From contig CM059433.1 in NCBI GenBank assembly GCA_030390025.1, forward strand, positions 13,642,001-13,706,000: a stretch of DNA of 64,000 nt. The letters run 5' to 3'. Made by a program: the position numbers and the translations under genes. Shown here one piece after another: positions 49,538 through 62,183 of this stretch; the stretch's first letter is position 1, and each line of letters opens with the position of its first letter. A model generated the notes under the pieces. The model was not told where the DNA came from, did no database searches, and saw only the letters and a list, made by a program, of their open reading frames with translations. This DNA is from Squalus acanthias (lineage: Eukaryota).

Positions 49538-51010
49538 CTAGGTGAACCTTTGCAATGTTAAGGCACCCCTGGTATCCCCGGCAGCAACGTAAGCGGCTGG
49601 TCTGGCAATGGGTGCCCCATCTTCATCCTCCTCCTCCTCCTCCTCCTGGTCCTCCATGTTCTGCTGATCCAAAGATGAGTGATGAGCCCCTTCGTCCTCC
49701 TCTTTAATCTTCTCTGCTGCGCAAGGTTGTGCAGGACGCAGCACGCCACTGTTAATCTGGAGACCCTCGCTGAAGAGTTGAAGGGTGCCTCCAAACCTAC
49801 CTAGGCACCTGAAGTGCATCTTCAGCATTCCGATGGTTTGCTCTGTGACAACTGGTGGCCATGTGGCTCTCGTTGTAGCGCTCCTGCGCCGCATTGGTGG
49901 GGTTCCACACAGGTGTCATGAGCCAAGTTTGAAGGCGGTATCCCGTGTCTCCTACGAGCTGGCCCTCAAGCCTGCTTCCAGGAAGGAAAAGACCTGGAAT
50001 GTTGGACTGCCGCAGCATAAAGCCCTCAAGACAGCTGCCAGGGAATCTGGCGCACACCTGCATGAGCCTCTTCTTGTGGTGGCCCACCAGCTGTGCATTG
50101 ATGGACGAATATCCCTTGTGGTTTATAAAAATTCTGGGTTCCTGTTGTGGTGCTCGGATCGCCACTTGTGTACAGTTGATGGCAATCTGAATCCAGCCAG
50201 AGAGCCGAATCCCAGTGCCCGCTCATTCTGGCTATTGTCATTACAGGGGAAAGTTACATCATTGCCAGCCCTGGAAAACAATCCATCCTTATGCATTTAT
50301 ATGCAGCCAACTGGGAGATCCTGGATATGTCTCTGGTCGGGCTCAGGTAGGATCCAGAGGCAAAAACGTTGAGGCCGGTGGTCACTTTCACAGCCACTGG
50401 TAATGTGTGGCCACCAGGTAGGAGGTCTTCCTCTAGCAGGCTGCAGCTATCTGCCACCACCTAACGTAACAACCTCAGCCTGTGGAGGCACTGCTCTTCC
50501 GAGAGGTTAATGATGCTGAGCATCTGTCTATAAACCCTGTGATGTGGGTAGTGCCTCCGGCAACCTCGGCCCCTCTCCCGTGCACCTCCCTCCCGAGCAC
50601 CTCCGTCCCGAGCACCTCCGTCCCGAGCACCTCTCTCCCGTGCACCTCCCTCCAGTGCACCTCCATCCCGTGCACCTCTCTCCCGTGCACCTCCATCCCG
50701 TGCACCTCTCTCCCGTGCACCTCCGTCCCGTGCACCTCTCTCCCGAGCACCTCCGTCCCGAGCACCTCTCTCCTGTGCACCTCTCTCCCATGCACCTCTC
50801 TCCCATGCACCTCCCTCCCGTGCACCTCCGTCCCGAGCACCTCCCTCCCGTGCACCTCCGTCCTGAGCACCTCTCTTCTGTGCACCTCCATCCCGCGCAC
50901 TTCCGTCCCGTGCTGTGCTGATCTCACCACAGCACGTCATCCCTACTGTGGATGGTGATGATCTTCGTCTTCTAATGTGCTGTCAAACACATCCAACGTG
51001 TCTCCCATCC
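49538..51010 (-). pseudogene. PIF/Harbinger (HARBI1-like DDE) transposase relic, convergent with the Myb-like gene
   Basis: [100 protein letters not shown]; several frameshifts. Probable element end gttaaaattcccccc at about 52555. Confidence 0.9.
50569..50913. repeat. 15-bp minisatellite, 23 units (consensus GTGCACCTCYVTCCC)
   Basis: Units read directly; translates on the minus strand as ([15 protein letters not shown])23. Confidence 0.96.
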
Positions 51011-51281
51011 TGATCTTGTCAGTTTGAAAGGCTCCAAGGTTGAAAAAAAGCTGTATCCACACAAGCACCCTCTGCCAAACGTTTGCCAGAGGGAACTGAG
51101 ACACCAGCTGCAATAAATGAGCTTTTATTCAGATGGGACAATGACAAGTTTAAATACCCACCTGAACTGCTGCTCAATATCACCTCCGTTTCCCTGGTCA
51201 GTTACCTGAGCTCCAGGAACCCGTGCTGCAAACGTAAAATTTGGAGCAAAGTTAAAAGCAATTTGCAAAGACCTCATTTAC

Positions 51282-52343
51282 GTCTCCTAAGGATCTATCC
51301 TTGGCCCCCTCCTATTTCTCATCTACATGTTGCCCCTTGGCGATATCATCCGAAAACACAGCGTCAGTTTTCACATGTACGCTGACAACATCCAGCTCTA
51401 CCTCACTACCTCTTCTCTCGACCCCTCACGGTGTCTAAATTGTCAGACTGCTTGTCTGATTTACAGTTCTGGATGAGCAAAAATTTTCTCCAATTAAATA
51501 TTGGGAACACCAAAGCCATTGTTTTCAGTCCCCACCACAAACTCCGTTCCCTAACCACTGACTCCATCCCTCTCTCCAACATCTGTCTGAGGCTGAACCA
51601 CACTGTTTGCAACCTTGGTGTCATATTTGACCCTGAAATGAGCTTCCGACCACATATCCGCAGTATAACAAAGACCGCCTATTTCCACCTCCGTAACATT
51701 GCCTGTCTCCACCCTTGCCTCAGCTCATCTGCTGCTGAAACCCTCATCCATGCCTTTGTTACCTCTAGACTTGACTATTCCAACGCACTCCTGGCTGGCC
51801 TCCCATATTCCACCCTACGTAAAATTGAGGTCATCCAAAACTCGGCTGCCCATGTCCTAACTCGCACCAAGTCGCGTTCACCCATCACCCCTGTGCTCGC
51901 TGACCTACATTGGCTCCCGGTTAAGCAGCGCATCGATTTCAAAATTCTCATCATTGTTTTCAAATCCCTCCATGGCCTCGCCCCTTCCTATCTCTGGAAT
52001 CTCCTTCAGCCCCACAACCCCTCGAGATATCTGCGCTCCGCTAATTCTGCCCTCTTAAGCATCCCTAATTATAATCGCTCAACCTTTGGTGGACGTGCCT
52101 TCTGTTGCCTGGGCCCTAAGCTCTGGAATTCCCTGCCTAAACCTGTCCGCCTCGCTACCTCTCTTTCCTCCTTTAAGACGCTCCTTAAAACCTACCTCTT
52201 TGACCAAGCTTTTGGTCACCTGCCCTAATTTATCCTTATGTGGATTGGAGTCAAAATTTTTGTCTTAAAATACTCCTGTGCAGCACCTTGGGACGTTTTA
52301 CTACATTAAAGGCGCTATATAAATACAAGTTGTTGTTGTTGTT
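51282..52343 (+). mobile_element. L2-clade LINE 3' portion with (TTG)n tail, nested in the Harbinger relic
   Basis: [22 protein letters not shown] 51431..52228 (SRLDYSNALLAGLP, LHWLPV). Confidence 0.94.
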
Positions 52344-52762
52344 TCTTGTTACCTGCAACAATAACTACCCGCCCTCCTGGAATAATTAAATCCTTGACTT
52401 CGGTGAGTAGATTTCTCGCTGGCATCCAAATGCGCCTACGTTAAACCCGGAAGTGGAAGCGTTGGAGCCGGGTTGCGTTCCCGATTGAAAATTAAAATTT
52501 TTTAACTTCCCACCCACTGCCGACCCTCCCGTTCTTGGGGGTTAAAATTCCCCCCGATATATCAAGTTGGGGAAGTACCTTATATTTGAAAGTGCTTTCC
52601 CAATAATGAGGTTCCCCTTTAATATCGCAACGTCTAACTACTTAGCTTGAGAGTGCTGATGACATAATTGGATAGAATTGACCTGGAGGAGTTATTAAGC
52701 CTGATAAGTATGAGGGAGCTGTATTCACGTATACAGCTGTAATAGGATCTCTGAAACACCTT

Positions 52763-53561
52763 GAGGGAGAAATTCGGTATCGCCCCGCTTGGGGCGCAAT
52801 TATCGGCCGGGCGCAAAGTTTAGCGCCTGGCGCTAATTATCGCCTCTGACTGCAAACTTGGCTTCTATCGCCCCTGGAGGTGATTGGAGCGCTAAATCAA
52901 GTGCTACACACCTCTCTTAAGGCGCTAATGCTGAGGAGCGAGGCGCTACCTCAGAGCGCTGGCGAAGCTCATGTGATGTCAATCAGCAATGGAACACAGA
53001 CACACTGGTGCCGGCCAGTTCTTAAAGGGGAGGGTCGATCTTGCTCTCCATCCACACCCTGCTCATTGCAGCCTTGAATCTCGGCCTGGAGAGACCTGTA
53101 CATCAATTCTGCTGGAAAGAACAATGGAGAAGCCCAGGGAAAGAGCTCAAAGTGCAGTCCCCACAGTCTCTTCTAAATTGATGCAAGGAAGGTCAAATCA
53201 AAATGAACCTGCAAAGTGCTGCTCAGTACCCAAAACTCCTTCACACAGCGTTGAATCTCTCCAGAAGTCTCTCTCTCTCTCTCTCAGAATGCGTGGTGCA
53301 AAAATGTCGGCGACAAATAAAGGCAGGAAGCGGTTGCCTTTAAATAGCGCTCCCCCAGTCCCTTCCCAACTGCAAAACACTCCCCTCAACCTGTCGTTGC
53401 TAGCGGCAGGCGGTAAGGCAGGGGGCGCCACTCAATATTCGCTCCGGGGCGCTACCGGGGCGTTGCGCACTCGACTGACGTCACGATCTGCCGGCGCAGG
53501 AGATCGTGGCGGTAGTGTTTAGCGCCACCGCAAAATGTCTAGTTAATTTCGCGAGCGGCGC
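52763..53561 (+). mobile_element. Harbinger-type MITE family A, copy 3 (right end missing)
   Basis: gagggagaaattcggtatcgcccc start; colinear with 23733-24530. Confidence 0.88.
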
Positions 53562-54185
53562 TGCCACACATGCAAACGTTTTGCACCGTTAAATAAATGT
53601 GACCTTTAGGCATCAATTCCCATTGGCACATTGTAGACTGGAACCAATTTGGTGCACTGAGAAGGACACTGCTGTAGGAAGTTCGGTAAAAATAGCAAAG
53701 CCATCGATTTCCGGTGGCCTTGCTGCAGCCTCTTGAAGACCGTTCAGTTGGGAAAGTGGTTAAAGAGCTGCTCCAGGTATCTCAGCGATAGGTCAATTAA
53801 CCGTTGGGTACTTAACTTCCTGATATGTGGTCCCAGTGCATAAAGCTGCTGCTGGATGTGCTGAAAACCCAAGGTAAATCAGAAAGTAACGTACAAATCT
53901 CTTGAACAGCAAAAAGCTTCATGTAGGTAGTGATGTACAATTGTAGCAGTCATTCTAAATCAACTCTTGTCTGAAGAAGCACCTAACATTACAAGTGGCT
54001 TGTTCTGTTCATTTACATCTTAGCATCCTCAGCCAAAGACCAATTCTTTATACAGACTAATAAGATCTGGATATTTTCTGCAAGATGTTAATAGTCTTCC
54101 CCGAGAGAACCAGGCAGACAGTTTACAAGTGCCGATGATTGTTGTGCGATTTATTTGCTCAACGTTTGCTTGATTAGTTGTGAGC

Positions 54186-56118
54186 TGCCAACCTGGTGAA
54201 GCTACAACACAGGACTACATGCATGCTAAACAGCCGAGGCAGCATGCTATAAACAGAGCGAAGTGATCCTACAACCAATGGATCAGATCAAAGCTCCGAA
54301 GTCCTGCCGCATCCAGTCGTGAATGGTGGTGGATCATTAAACAACTAATGGGAGGAGGAGGCTCCATGAACATCCCCATCCTAAATGATGGCGGCGCCCA
54401 GCACGTGAGTGCAAAAGACAAGGCTGAAGCGTTTGCAACCATCTTCAGCCAGAAGTGCTGAGTGGATGATTCATCTCGACCTCCTCCTGAGGTCCCCACC
54501 ATCACAGAAGCCAGTCTTCAGCCAAATCGATTCACTCCACGTGATATCAAGAAACGGCTGAGTGCACTGGATACAGCAAAGGCTATGGGCCCCAACAACA
54601 GCTGTCGTGCTGAAGACTTGTGCTCCAGAACTAGCCGCGCCTCTAGCCAAGCTATTCCAGTACAGCTACAGCAATGGCATCTACCCGACAAAGTGGAAAA
54701 CTGCCCAGGTATGTCCTGTCCACAAAAAGCAGGACAAATCCAATCCGGCCAATTACCGCCCATTCAGTCTACTCTCAATCATCAGCAAAGTGATGGGAGG
54801 TGTCGTCGACTGTTTTATCAAGTGACACTTATTCACTAATAACCTGCTTACTGATGCTCAGTTTGGGTTCCGCCAGGACCACTCGGCCCCAGACCTCATC
54901 ACAGCCTTGGTCCAAACATGGACAAAAGAGCTGAATTCCAGAGGTGAGGTGAGAGTGACTGCCCTTGACATCAAGGCAGCATTTGACCGAGTGTGGCATC
55001 AAGGAGCCCGAGTAAAATTGAAGTCAATGGGAATCAGGGAGAAAACTGTCCACTGACTAGAGTCATACCTAGCACAAAGGAAAATGGTTGTGGTTGTTGG
55101 AGGCCAATCATCTCAGCCCCAGGATTTTGCTGCAGGAGTTCATCAGTGCAGTGTCCTAGGCCCAACCATCTTCAGCTGCTTCATCAATGACCTTCCCTCC
55201 ATCATAAGGCCAGAAGTGGGGATGTTCGCTGATGACTGCGCGGTGCTCAGTTCCATTCGCAGCTCTTCAGATAATGAAGCAGTCCATGTCCACGTGCAGC
55301 AAGACCTGGATGACATTCAGGTTTGGGCTGATAAGCGGTAAGTAACATTTGTGCCACACAAGTGCCAGGCAATAACTATCTCCAACGAGAAAAGGTCTAA
55401 CCACCTCCCTTTGACATTCAATGGCATTACCATTTTCAAAGCCCCCATCATCAACATCCTGGGGACACCATTGACCAGAAACTTAACTGGACCAGCCACA
55501 TAATTACTGTGGCTACAAGAGCAGGTCAGAGGCTGGGTATTCTGCGGCAAGTGTCTCACCTCCTGACTCCCCAAAGCCTTTCCACCATCTACAAGGCACA
55601 AGTCAGGAGTTTGATGGAATACTCTCTACTTGTTTGGATGAGTGCAGCTCCAAAAACACTCAAGAAGCTCGACACCATCCAGGACAAAGCAGTCCACTTG
55701 ATTGGCATCCCATCCACCACCTTAAACTTTCAATCCCTCCACCACTGGCGCACCATGTCTGCAGTGTGTATCATCTATAAGATACACTCCAGCAACTCGC
55801 CAAGGCTTCTTCGACAGCACCTCCCAAACCCGCGACCTCTACCACCTAGAAGGACAAGGGCAGCAGGCGCATGGGAACACCATCACCTACAAGTTCCCCT
55901 CCAAGTCACATACCATCCTGATTTGGAATTATATCGCCGTTCCTTCATCGTCGCTGGGTCAAAATCCTGGAATTCCCTTCCTAACGGCACTGTGGGAGTA
56001 CGTTCACCACACGGACTGCAGCGGTTCAAGAAGGCGGCTCACCACCTTCAATTAGGGATGGGCAATAAAGGCTGGCCTTGCCAGCGATGCCCGCATCCCG
56101 TGAAATAAATAATAAAAA
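54186..56118 (+). mobile_element. Second copy of the CR1-group LINE of 6157-8604, 5'-truncated, with intact 3' end
   Basis: Near-identical motifs (KTCAPELAAPLAKLFQYSY, MFADD); 3' end gggcaataaaggctggccttgccagcgatgcccgcatccc plus A-rich tail. Confidence 0.93.
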
Positions 56119-57089
56119 TTACTTTCTCATGTTAAAACACAAACAAAACCCATTCTGAACTTGCTGTCAATATTGGCAAAATCATAAATACTTGCTGTAT
56201 AATCTTTACAAGTGGAAATGCGCTCACAGTATCTGGGGCAGTGATTTTCTCATGACAATAATAATAGAGTAGGAAGTCAACCATTTCACTTAGCTTCCTT
56301 TCATGCATTTTACTTTTGTATTTTTTCTCTGCTGACGAGAGTAATAAGTAATTATCCCTGTGTGCTGTTAGATCAGTTTAAGAAATTAGCCATAGCAACT
56401 GCTGATAACGACAATGGCCTTCACCAGGAGCTGTAAAAATTGTGTAGATTAGAGAAGATGAGTTGTCAATGTCAATTCAACTGTGTTTTATGACTAAAAG
56501 CCATTAAATCCTAGGATTCTGCCCTCTTATTGCTAGAAGTCTTGTAAATTAAGCTGGCTTAATAATTCACAGCCATTGGAACTAATTTCAAATATGAAAA
56601 AAAGAAGTCCATTGTTTTATTGATATAAATGAAATGCCTAGCACATTATATGTTCAGTCGTAAAGATCAGTTGAGAAACTAATAAAGCTGAACAATTGAC
56701 CACATCAAATTTTCATTTCACTCCAGAAAGCTTCTTTTCTTTCAGTTGTTGAATTATTTCAGATATGACCTACAGAGCTTGTCCTCTATATCTTACGTAG
56801 TACCCTGGGTTGCCATGGTCACTAAGAATAAAAGGTCGTACGTGTCAACATTTCTCAAAGGTTGTCTCTGCCCATTCTCTCAAATGTAACCTTTGCTAAA
56901 AGCATTTTAACTGTTTAAATAATGAATCTTGGACTATCTTCTTCAATGATTACAGTACTCTGAATTGATATTTTTGACACCCTTTGAATCCCAAAGTCCT
57001 AATGGCCCCGTTTCTCCTTAATTTAAAAAGCCTTCCTCTAAAGATTATATGCCTTGCAGTGACCATCATTTCCAAATATAGCAGACAAC

Positions 57090-57925
57090 AGGAACTCAGT
57101 GCTCATAACTTTCAGTCCTCTTGTAGTGCAAAAATTGAATCACTATGTCTAGATTCCCACCATGACCCTTGAAAGGCTAAAGATAATCTTGTTTCTTTAA
57201 ATTCTTCAAAGGCACAGTTTCTCTATGTCTCTTCCATGTCTAATGAAAAGCTACACCGTTTTAGCTATGAAAGTTCCATCCATCGCCCTTCTTCATCTAT
57301 CAACATTCTTAACCTCACTATTTCTTCTGCTCTCAAATGCAACTTCCACATCTCCTCCATTGTTAAAGCTATTTCCAAGAAGCTCAATCTACATTTTCTT
57401 GCCAAACTGTTCAATTTTTAATTCTCTAAAAAAAACCTAAGTGTATCCAGGACTATCCACAGATCTGAGGAGGCTCTTCTAGCTCCTCTCCTGCACTCCT
57501 GGACAGGATACAAGACAAAGCTTATTGTTCATTGGGTGATCCCTCTTTCAGCTCTAGTTTCAGCCTCTCTCTCTCTGTTGCAACCTTTCTTGCCAATCCC
57601 TATTTTATCGTCAGTGCTTCTCTGCGCTTTTCTCTCTTGTTCCTTCAAATATGCTGTGCTGCTATTCGTCCTCCGATTATTTCCACTTAATTGAAATTGA
57701 ACTCATTGCTTAGTTGCCTATTCTAATTCATTTTTCCCCAGCACCAGGAAAGAGTGGAACTCTTTACCTCCTTCAACTTTCCACCGCAGTTCAATCTTCA
57801 GGCCTTTAATAAACAACTTTGGCGTTGCCGAATCATTACTTGCTACCTTCTCTTTTAATCTTTTCAATGTTGGTATTGTCCTGCACTATTTGGCTTAGCC
57901 CTTCACCTTGGTTTTTCAATCAAAA
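57090..57925 (+). mobile_element. Old degraded LINE 3' fragment (CR1/Jockey group)
   Basis: SSINILNLTISSALKCNFHISSIVKAISKKL, LLDRIQDKA, NSFFPSTRKEWNSLP. Confidence 0.7.
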
Positions 57926-58242
57926 ATAACATTTTAGTCTGTATCCATTTTAAATCAACCAAAAGATCACAACGCTGGATTCTAAGGGCATTATTGTACA
58001 AATGGTACTGGTGGATATTGGTACCCATTGAGAGCAATGGATAGCCGTCAGATCTGACTTACACTGCTTATCCACGCTCTTCTGGCTATGGAAGACAGAG
58101 CTGCGCACAATGTGCATTAAAATCAAGCTTTAACCACTTTGTATAATGTAACCAACCAGCACACTGACCATTACTGACAGAAGGGAATTGGGGGATTGAA
58201 ATCACAAGAAGAACTATCATTTAATGAGGGGACTAAAATTAA

Positions 58243-58902
58243 GGGGGAAAAATTGGGTGGCGCCTCTTTTGGGGTGCTAACGTCGCCAGGGCGCTAATTT
58301 TAGCACCCCGAAAAAAATTAGCGCCCCTCTGCTGGAAATTGAGCAGTAGCACCCCAAGCAGGAGGTGGAGCACTACTGGAAGCGCTCCACCTCCTTCTTG
58401 GAGCACTACAACTGAAGATTGCGATGCTACGTGCAACAGCGCCATGTGCGTCAGCACGTAGCGCCGCATCATTGCAGGCCTCCCTCCCCTGATTAAAGGG
58501 GAGGGGCCTAGCGTGCGCGCTGGACCAGCGATCGCGGCCGGCACCCCGAGAAAAAAAGGGGAAGGGGGCAAGTGCTGGCAGTCGGCCAAAAAAAAATGTC
58601 CGCCCGACACCTGCCCCTTTAAGTAGCGCCGCCGCCGTTGCAAAAACGCCGCCTGATCCTGTCGGACATATCGTCCGGCGATAGGTCAGGGGACGCAAGG
58701 GAAGTTTGCGGCCGGGGCGCGAGCGGGGCGCTGTACACGGCGATGACATCATCGCTGGCGGCGCAGCACCGCAGGGCACTACCAGCTACGGCCGCCGCTA
58801 ACCTCCTGCTGAATTTCGCGCCCGGGCGCCCGGGGATTTGCGCCCCGTTAGCGCTCCCCGGGGGCGCTATCGAGAGGCACAAATCACCCCAATTTTTCCC
58901 CC
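58243..58902. mobile_element. Harbinger-type MITE family D (660 bp), CpG-rich
   Basis: Perfect 15-bp TIR gggggaaaaattggg / cccaatttttccccc, canonical TAA TSD. Confidence 0.92.
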
Positions 58903-59255
58903 TAAGTATTTCTGGCTTGGAACTCAGAATTTCATTGAGCAAGTAAACAGTCCAACAACATCCAAGAGAGTCTGCTATTAACTTTTCATTAACACTATAT
59001 TAAGTGTTCACTATTTAGAAGCCTCTATACTAAAATGACATTGTTGAAACACTTCAAATTAGTACTAATGAAAATATTACAACATATGTACAGGCAATCT
59101 CCAGTTTAGATAATGCTGGGTAAGTGCATGAAGGTGTTACTTTCCAATTTCAGCATCATCCCTAGAAATAGGACACTGCTCCTTTAAAAGGAACGCATTT
59201 TAATTTCTGGATCAATGAGCCAAGAGAAGAGCTTGTTGAAAAGTAAAGTACTCAC

Positions 59256-59385
59256 AAGAGGTAACTTAAAGCCTCTGTACGAGCGTTCAGCATTCCATCC
59301 TTTAGGTTGGCTGAATCCATCCTCATAATCTGGAGGAAGCCATCGTGCCAGCGCAGTGTTTGAGGCCCCCCACCTGGGATTACCT
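59256..59385 (-). CDS. TPO: Thyroid peroxidase coding exon (equivalent to human exon 6), 130 bp
   Basis: Acceptor ttctcttatAG, donor GTgagt. Encodes (R)[43 protein letters not shown], the animal heme peroxidase N-terminal motif. Size matches human TPO exon 6. Confidence 0.95.
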
Positions 59386-60367
59386 CTATAAGAGAATGCA
59401 TAAAAAAAACGGGCTAAATCCTGAGCATACAGGTCCTTTTTTTTATTGTAATCAAATGATTCATTCTCGAAGAATTCCTACTTATTTTAGGAATTAGCAT
59501 TGGGGTTCTCATACCATGCTTCCAGCCACTAAGTTGTATTTAAAATGTTTTCATTTAGAATGGAAGCACTGCCAAGGGTAAGAGGAAGTGATGCCACTGT
59601 GTACTCAATCGGTACTAAATTTCCTGGCTCAGGCACTCCACGCTAGTTCAAAGTGTCAGCTCCCCTCTTAATGACGGGAGCTGTTCTGGGCTACAGGTGG
59701 AGGGAGACCGTACCTAATTTTTAAGCTAACTATTACACATCTGGCAAGTACTTTCTGCTGACAATACTCCGCTGTCCCTTTTGCTCTTTTAAACAAAATG
59801 CTTGACTCCCAATTCATGCCTGCAATATTACAAGTTTGATTGACATGGTGTATACTGCGATAACAAGCATCCCGACTTCAAGGCAAAATTGCCAGCTTTA
59901 ATCCACAATAATTCCTAGGCACTCTCTCTGCTAGTCATCCCTTTGCCGATAACATCAGTTTTTTTATAGTCTGGGGGAAGGATTTTCCAGTATTAATTCA
60001 CAATTACCATCGCATGGTAATTTCCTAGTTATACTCAGGAAGCCCTTACTTCATCATCCTGTATTGAAAACAGCTGCAATAATTAAAATATTGGAAGGAA
60101 GTAAGTTATCATTTCGAAAAAAAATCGAAGTACTTCTTAATTGTCCCACTAACTGACCTATTGGAAAGTTTGCTATATCGCAACCCCTACATTTAGCTCA
60201 TTGCTTCAAGACTCACTGGTCAAGTTGTTGGAGTCACTTGTGCTTCAAATACTGTAAACTGTGAACATAAATTCTCTATACTGAACATGCAAAAACCTAT
60301 TTATGGTCTCCTGTTAAAGTGACACTGTCTTTAGTTTGGCAATATCTGTTATATTTACAAACACACT

Positions 60368-61104
60368 GGCCCGTATTTTCCGATCATAGGCTTCCTGCGA
60401 GCGGAGGCCTCCGATCTGGAAAGAATCTACGCACTTACCTGAGGGCTCCCGAGGTGCGTATACGTCCGTTCCTGGGCCTCTCGGAACTCGAAATGCGCAG
60501 AGGCCCAGGTATCCCAGAGGCGCAGGCGATTCGCAAGCGTCCCTGGGATCACGTGGGCCATGGGGAGCCAATAGGAGAAGGGAATCTCCCTTCATATACT
60601 TGACAGATAGACCTGTCAAATATATGAATGGAGATCACCCCAAAAACACAGTAAAACATTAAATAAATTTTTAAAAAACCATCATGTTTTTTAAAATGAG
60701 TTAAAATTACAATAAATTAAATATTTTAAACATTAAATATTTTACATTTTAAAAATAAACTTACCTTTTTTAAAAGTATGTTTAAATTATAAATGAGTGA
60801 AAAAATTTGTTCTTTTACTTTTTTTAAACTCTTATGCTGGTAAAAGCAGGCCTTACGCCTGCTTTTACCAGGTGTAAAATTTCTAAGGGTTTTCTGCGGG
60901 CAGAGGTTCTCCAGAAAGCGGAACTCTCCCCCCGCAGAGGCCCTTCTCCAGGGCAGGCGTCCGATCTGTCAAGAGCATTCTTGACAGATTGGAAATGCCG
61001 GTTTTCAGCGTGTGCGCTTCGCATTCCTGAAACCGGCATTTCCGATGTCCCTACGGGTGGGTACACAGCTCCTACACACCCGTAGGGATCGGAAAATACG
61101 GCCC
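60368..61104 (-). mobile_element. Harbinger-type MITE family B, copy 4 (reverse orientation)
   Basis: ggcccgtattttccgatc / gatcggaaaatacggccc; interior homologous to 29350-30097; TSD not clean. Confidence 0.9.
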
Positions 61105-61344
61105 ATATTATGACATGTCAAAATGCATCATTGTGTTATTTAAGCATGATATCGTCTTGATGAAAAGGACCCATGGCTTTTCTACCTCTCTCAACATAGA
61201 GATGTTTGTCAAGCAGTGTTTTTTTTCAAGAAGGTGGTGCTCCTTTTAAAAAGGTATTTTTTTAAATTGCGAAACCTGGTTGAATGGAAAAGGTTCGAAG
61301 TGCGGGACATCACCAAAGTGGATAAGAGTAAGATAAAAGACAAG

Positions 61345-62105
61345 GAGCCAGAAATTCGGCTGTTGTCGGGTGAGTACGCGCTGTGTACTCACCCGTAAGG
61401 CCACCTGAAGTGCCGGTTTCCTGCATGCACTGCGCATGCGTGGGAAACCGGAACTTCCGTTCCCCTGAAGGGAGGGGTTCAGAAGTCGAACCCGTGCGCG
61501 GGAGAGGCTGCGCGCACGCAGCGAACTTCAGTTTTTTTTCAGGTTTCTCCGGGAAGGTAAGTATGAAGAAGCTACACTATTAAAAAGGAGGCGCAAGGCC
61601 TGTTTTTAACAAGGTAAGTGGTTAATTAATTACAATTTAAATTTTTTTTCAATAGGTTTATCTTTTTTAGATACTTTAAAGAAAGGTAAGTTTATTTTTA
61701 GCACCGTTAAAAAGTATAATAAATTTTTTCAAAAATTAAAATTTTTGTTTAAAGTAGTTAATTTATTTAACTTAAAGTTATTTTAAAAATGTGATTAAAA
61801 AAAAAAATATTTGAAGTTTAAGTGTGGTTTTGGGGCTGATCTCTATTCATAGATTTGACAGGTCTTCCTGTCAAATCTATGAATGAAAATGCCCTGCTAG
61901 GATTGGCTCTCCATGGCCCACGTGATCCCAGGGGACGCTTCGAACTAACTGCGCCCCTGGGATACGCAAGCACTGCGTGCCGGCAGCTGCAGGAGGCCTA
62001 GGACCCGAAGTCCTCGTGGGCCCAAAGCACAACTGCAGGCGCGGTAGGCAAGTACGCGCGCGATGCTTGCACCCGCAGGAAGCCTGAAAGCTGAATTTCT
62101 GGCCC
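61345..62105 (+). mobile_element. Harbinger-type MITE family B, copy 5 (divergent)
   Basis: gagccagaaattcggc / gctgaatttctggccc, TSD AAG; interior closest to 10436-11193. Confidence 0.85.
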
Positions 62106-62183
62106 AAGGTAAATTAAGGACTAGAAATTAGGTGACGCCAAACTAGTTGACTGTAGGGCAAAGGACGTACACCATAACTGGGT

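Noticed and set aside
49538..50530. Domesticated HARBI1 gene nested in TPO
   Set aside because: Multiple frameshifts and stops, an adjacent decayed Myb-like partner and a TIR-like end indicate a dead transposon.
50569..50913. Regular short repeats as a CRISPR-like array, or the His/Pro- and Cys-rich ORFs over them as proteins
   Set aside because: The units are head-to-tail with no unique spacers, the context is eukaryotic, and the ORFs arise because the 15-mer lacks stops.
58243..58902. CpG-island promoter and its ORFs
   Set aside because: Bounded exactly by TIRs and a TAA TSD, so it is a young MITE.
2447..59385. Peroxidase exons as PXDN, MPO, EPX or LPO
   Set aside because: A CCP/sushi exon directly follows the catalytic domain and the exon sizes follow the TPO pattern.
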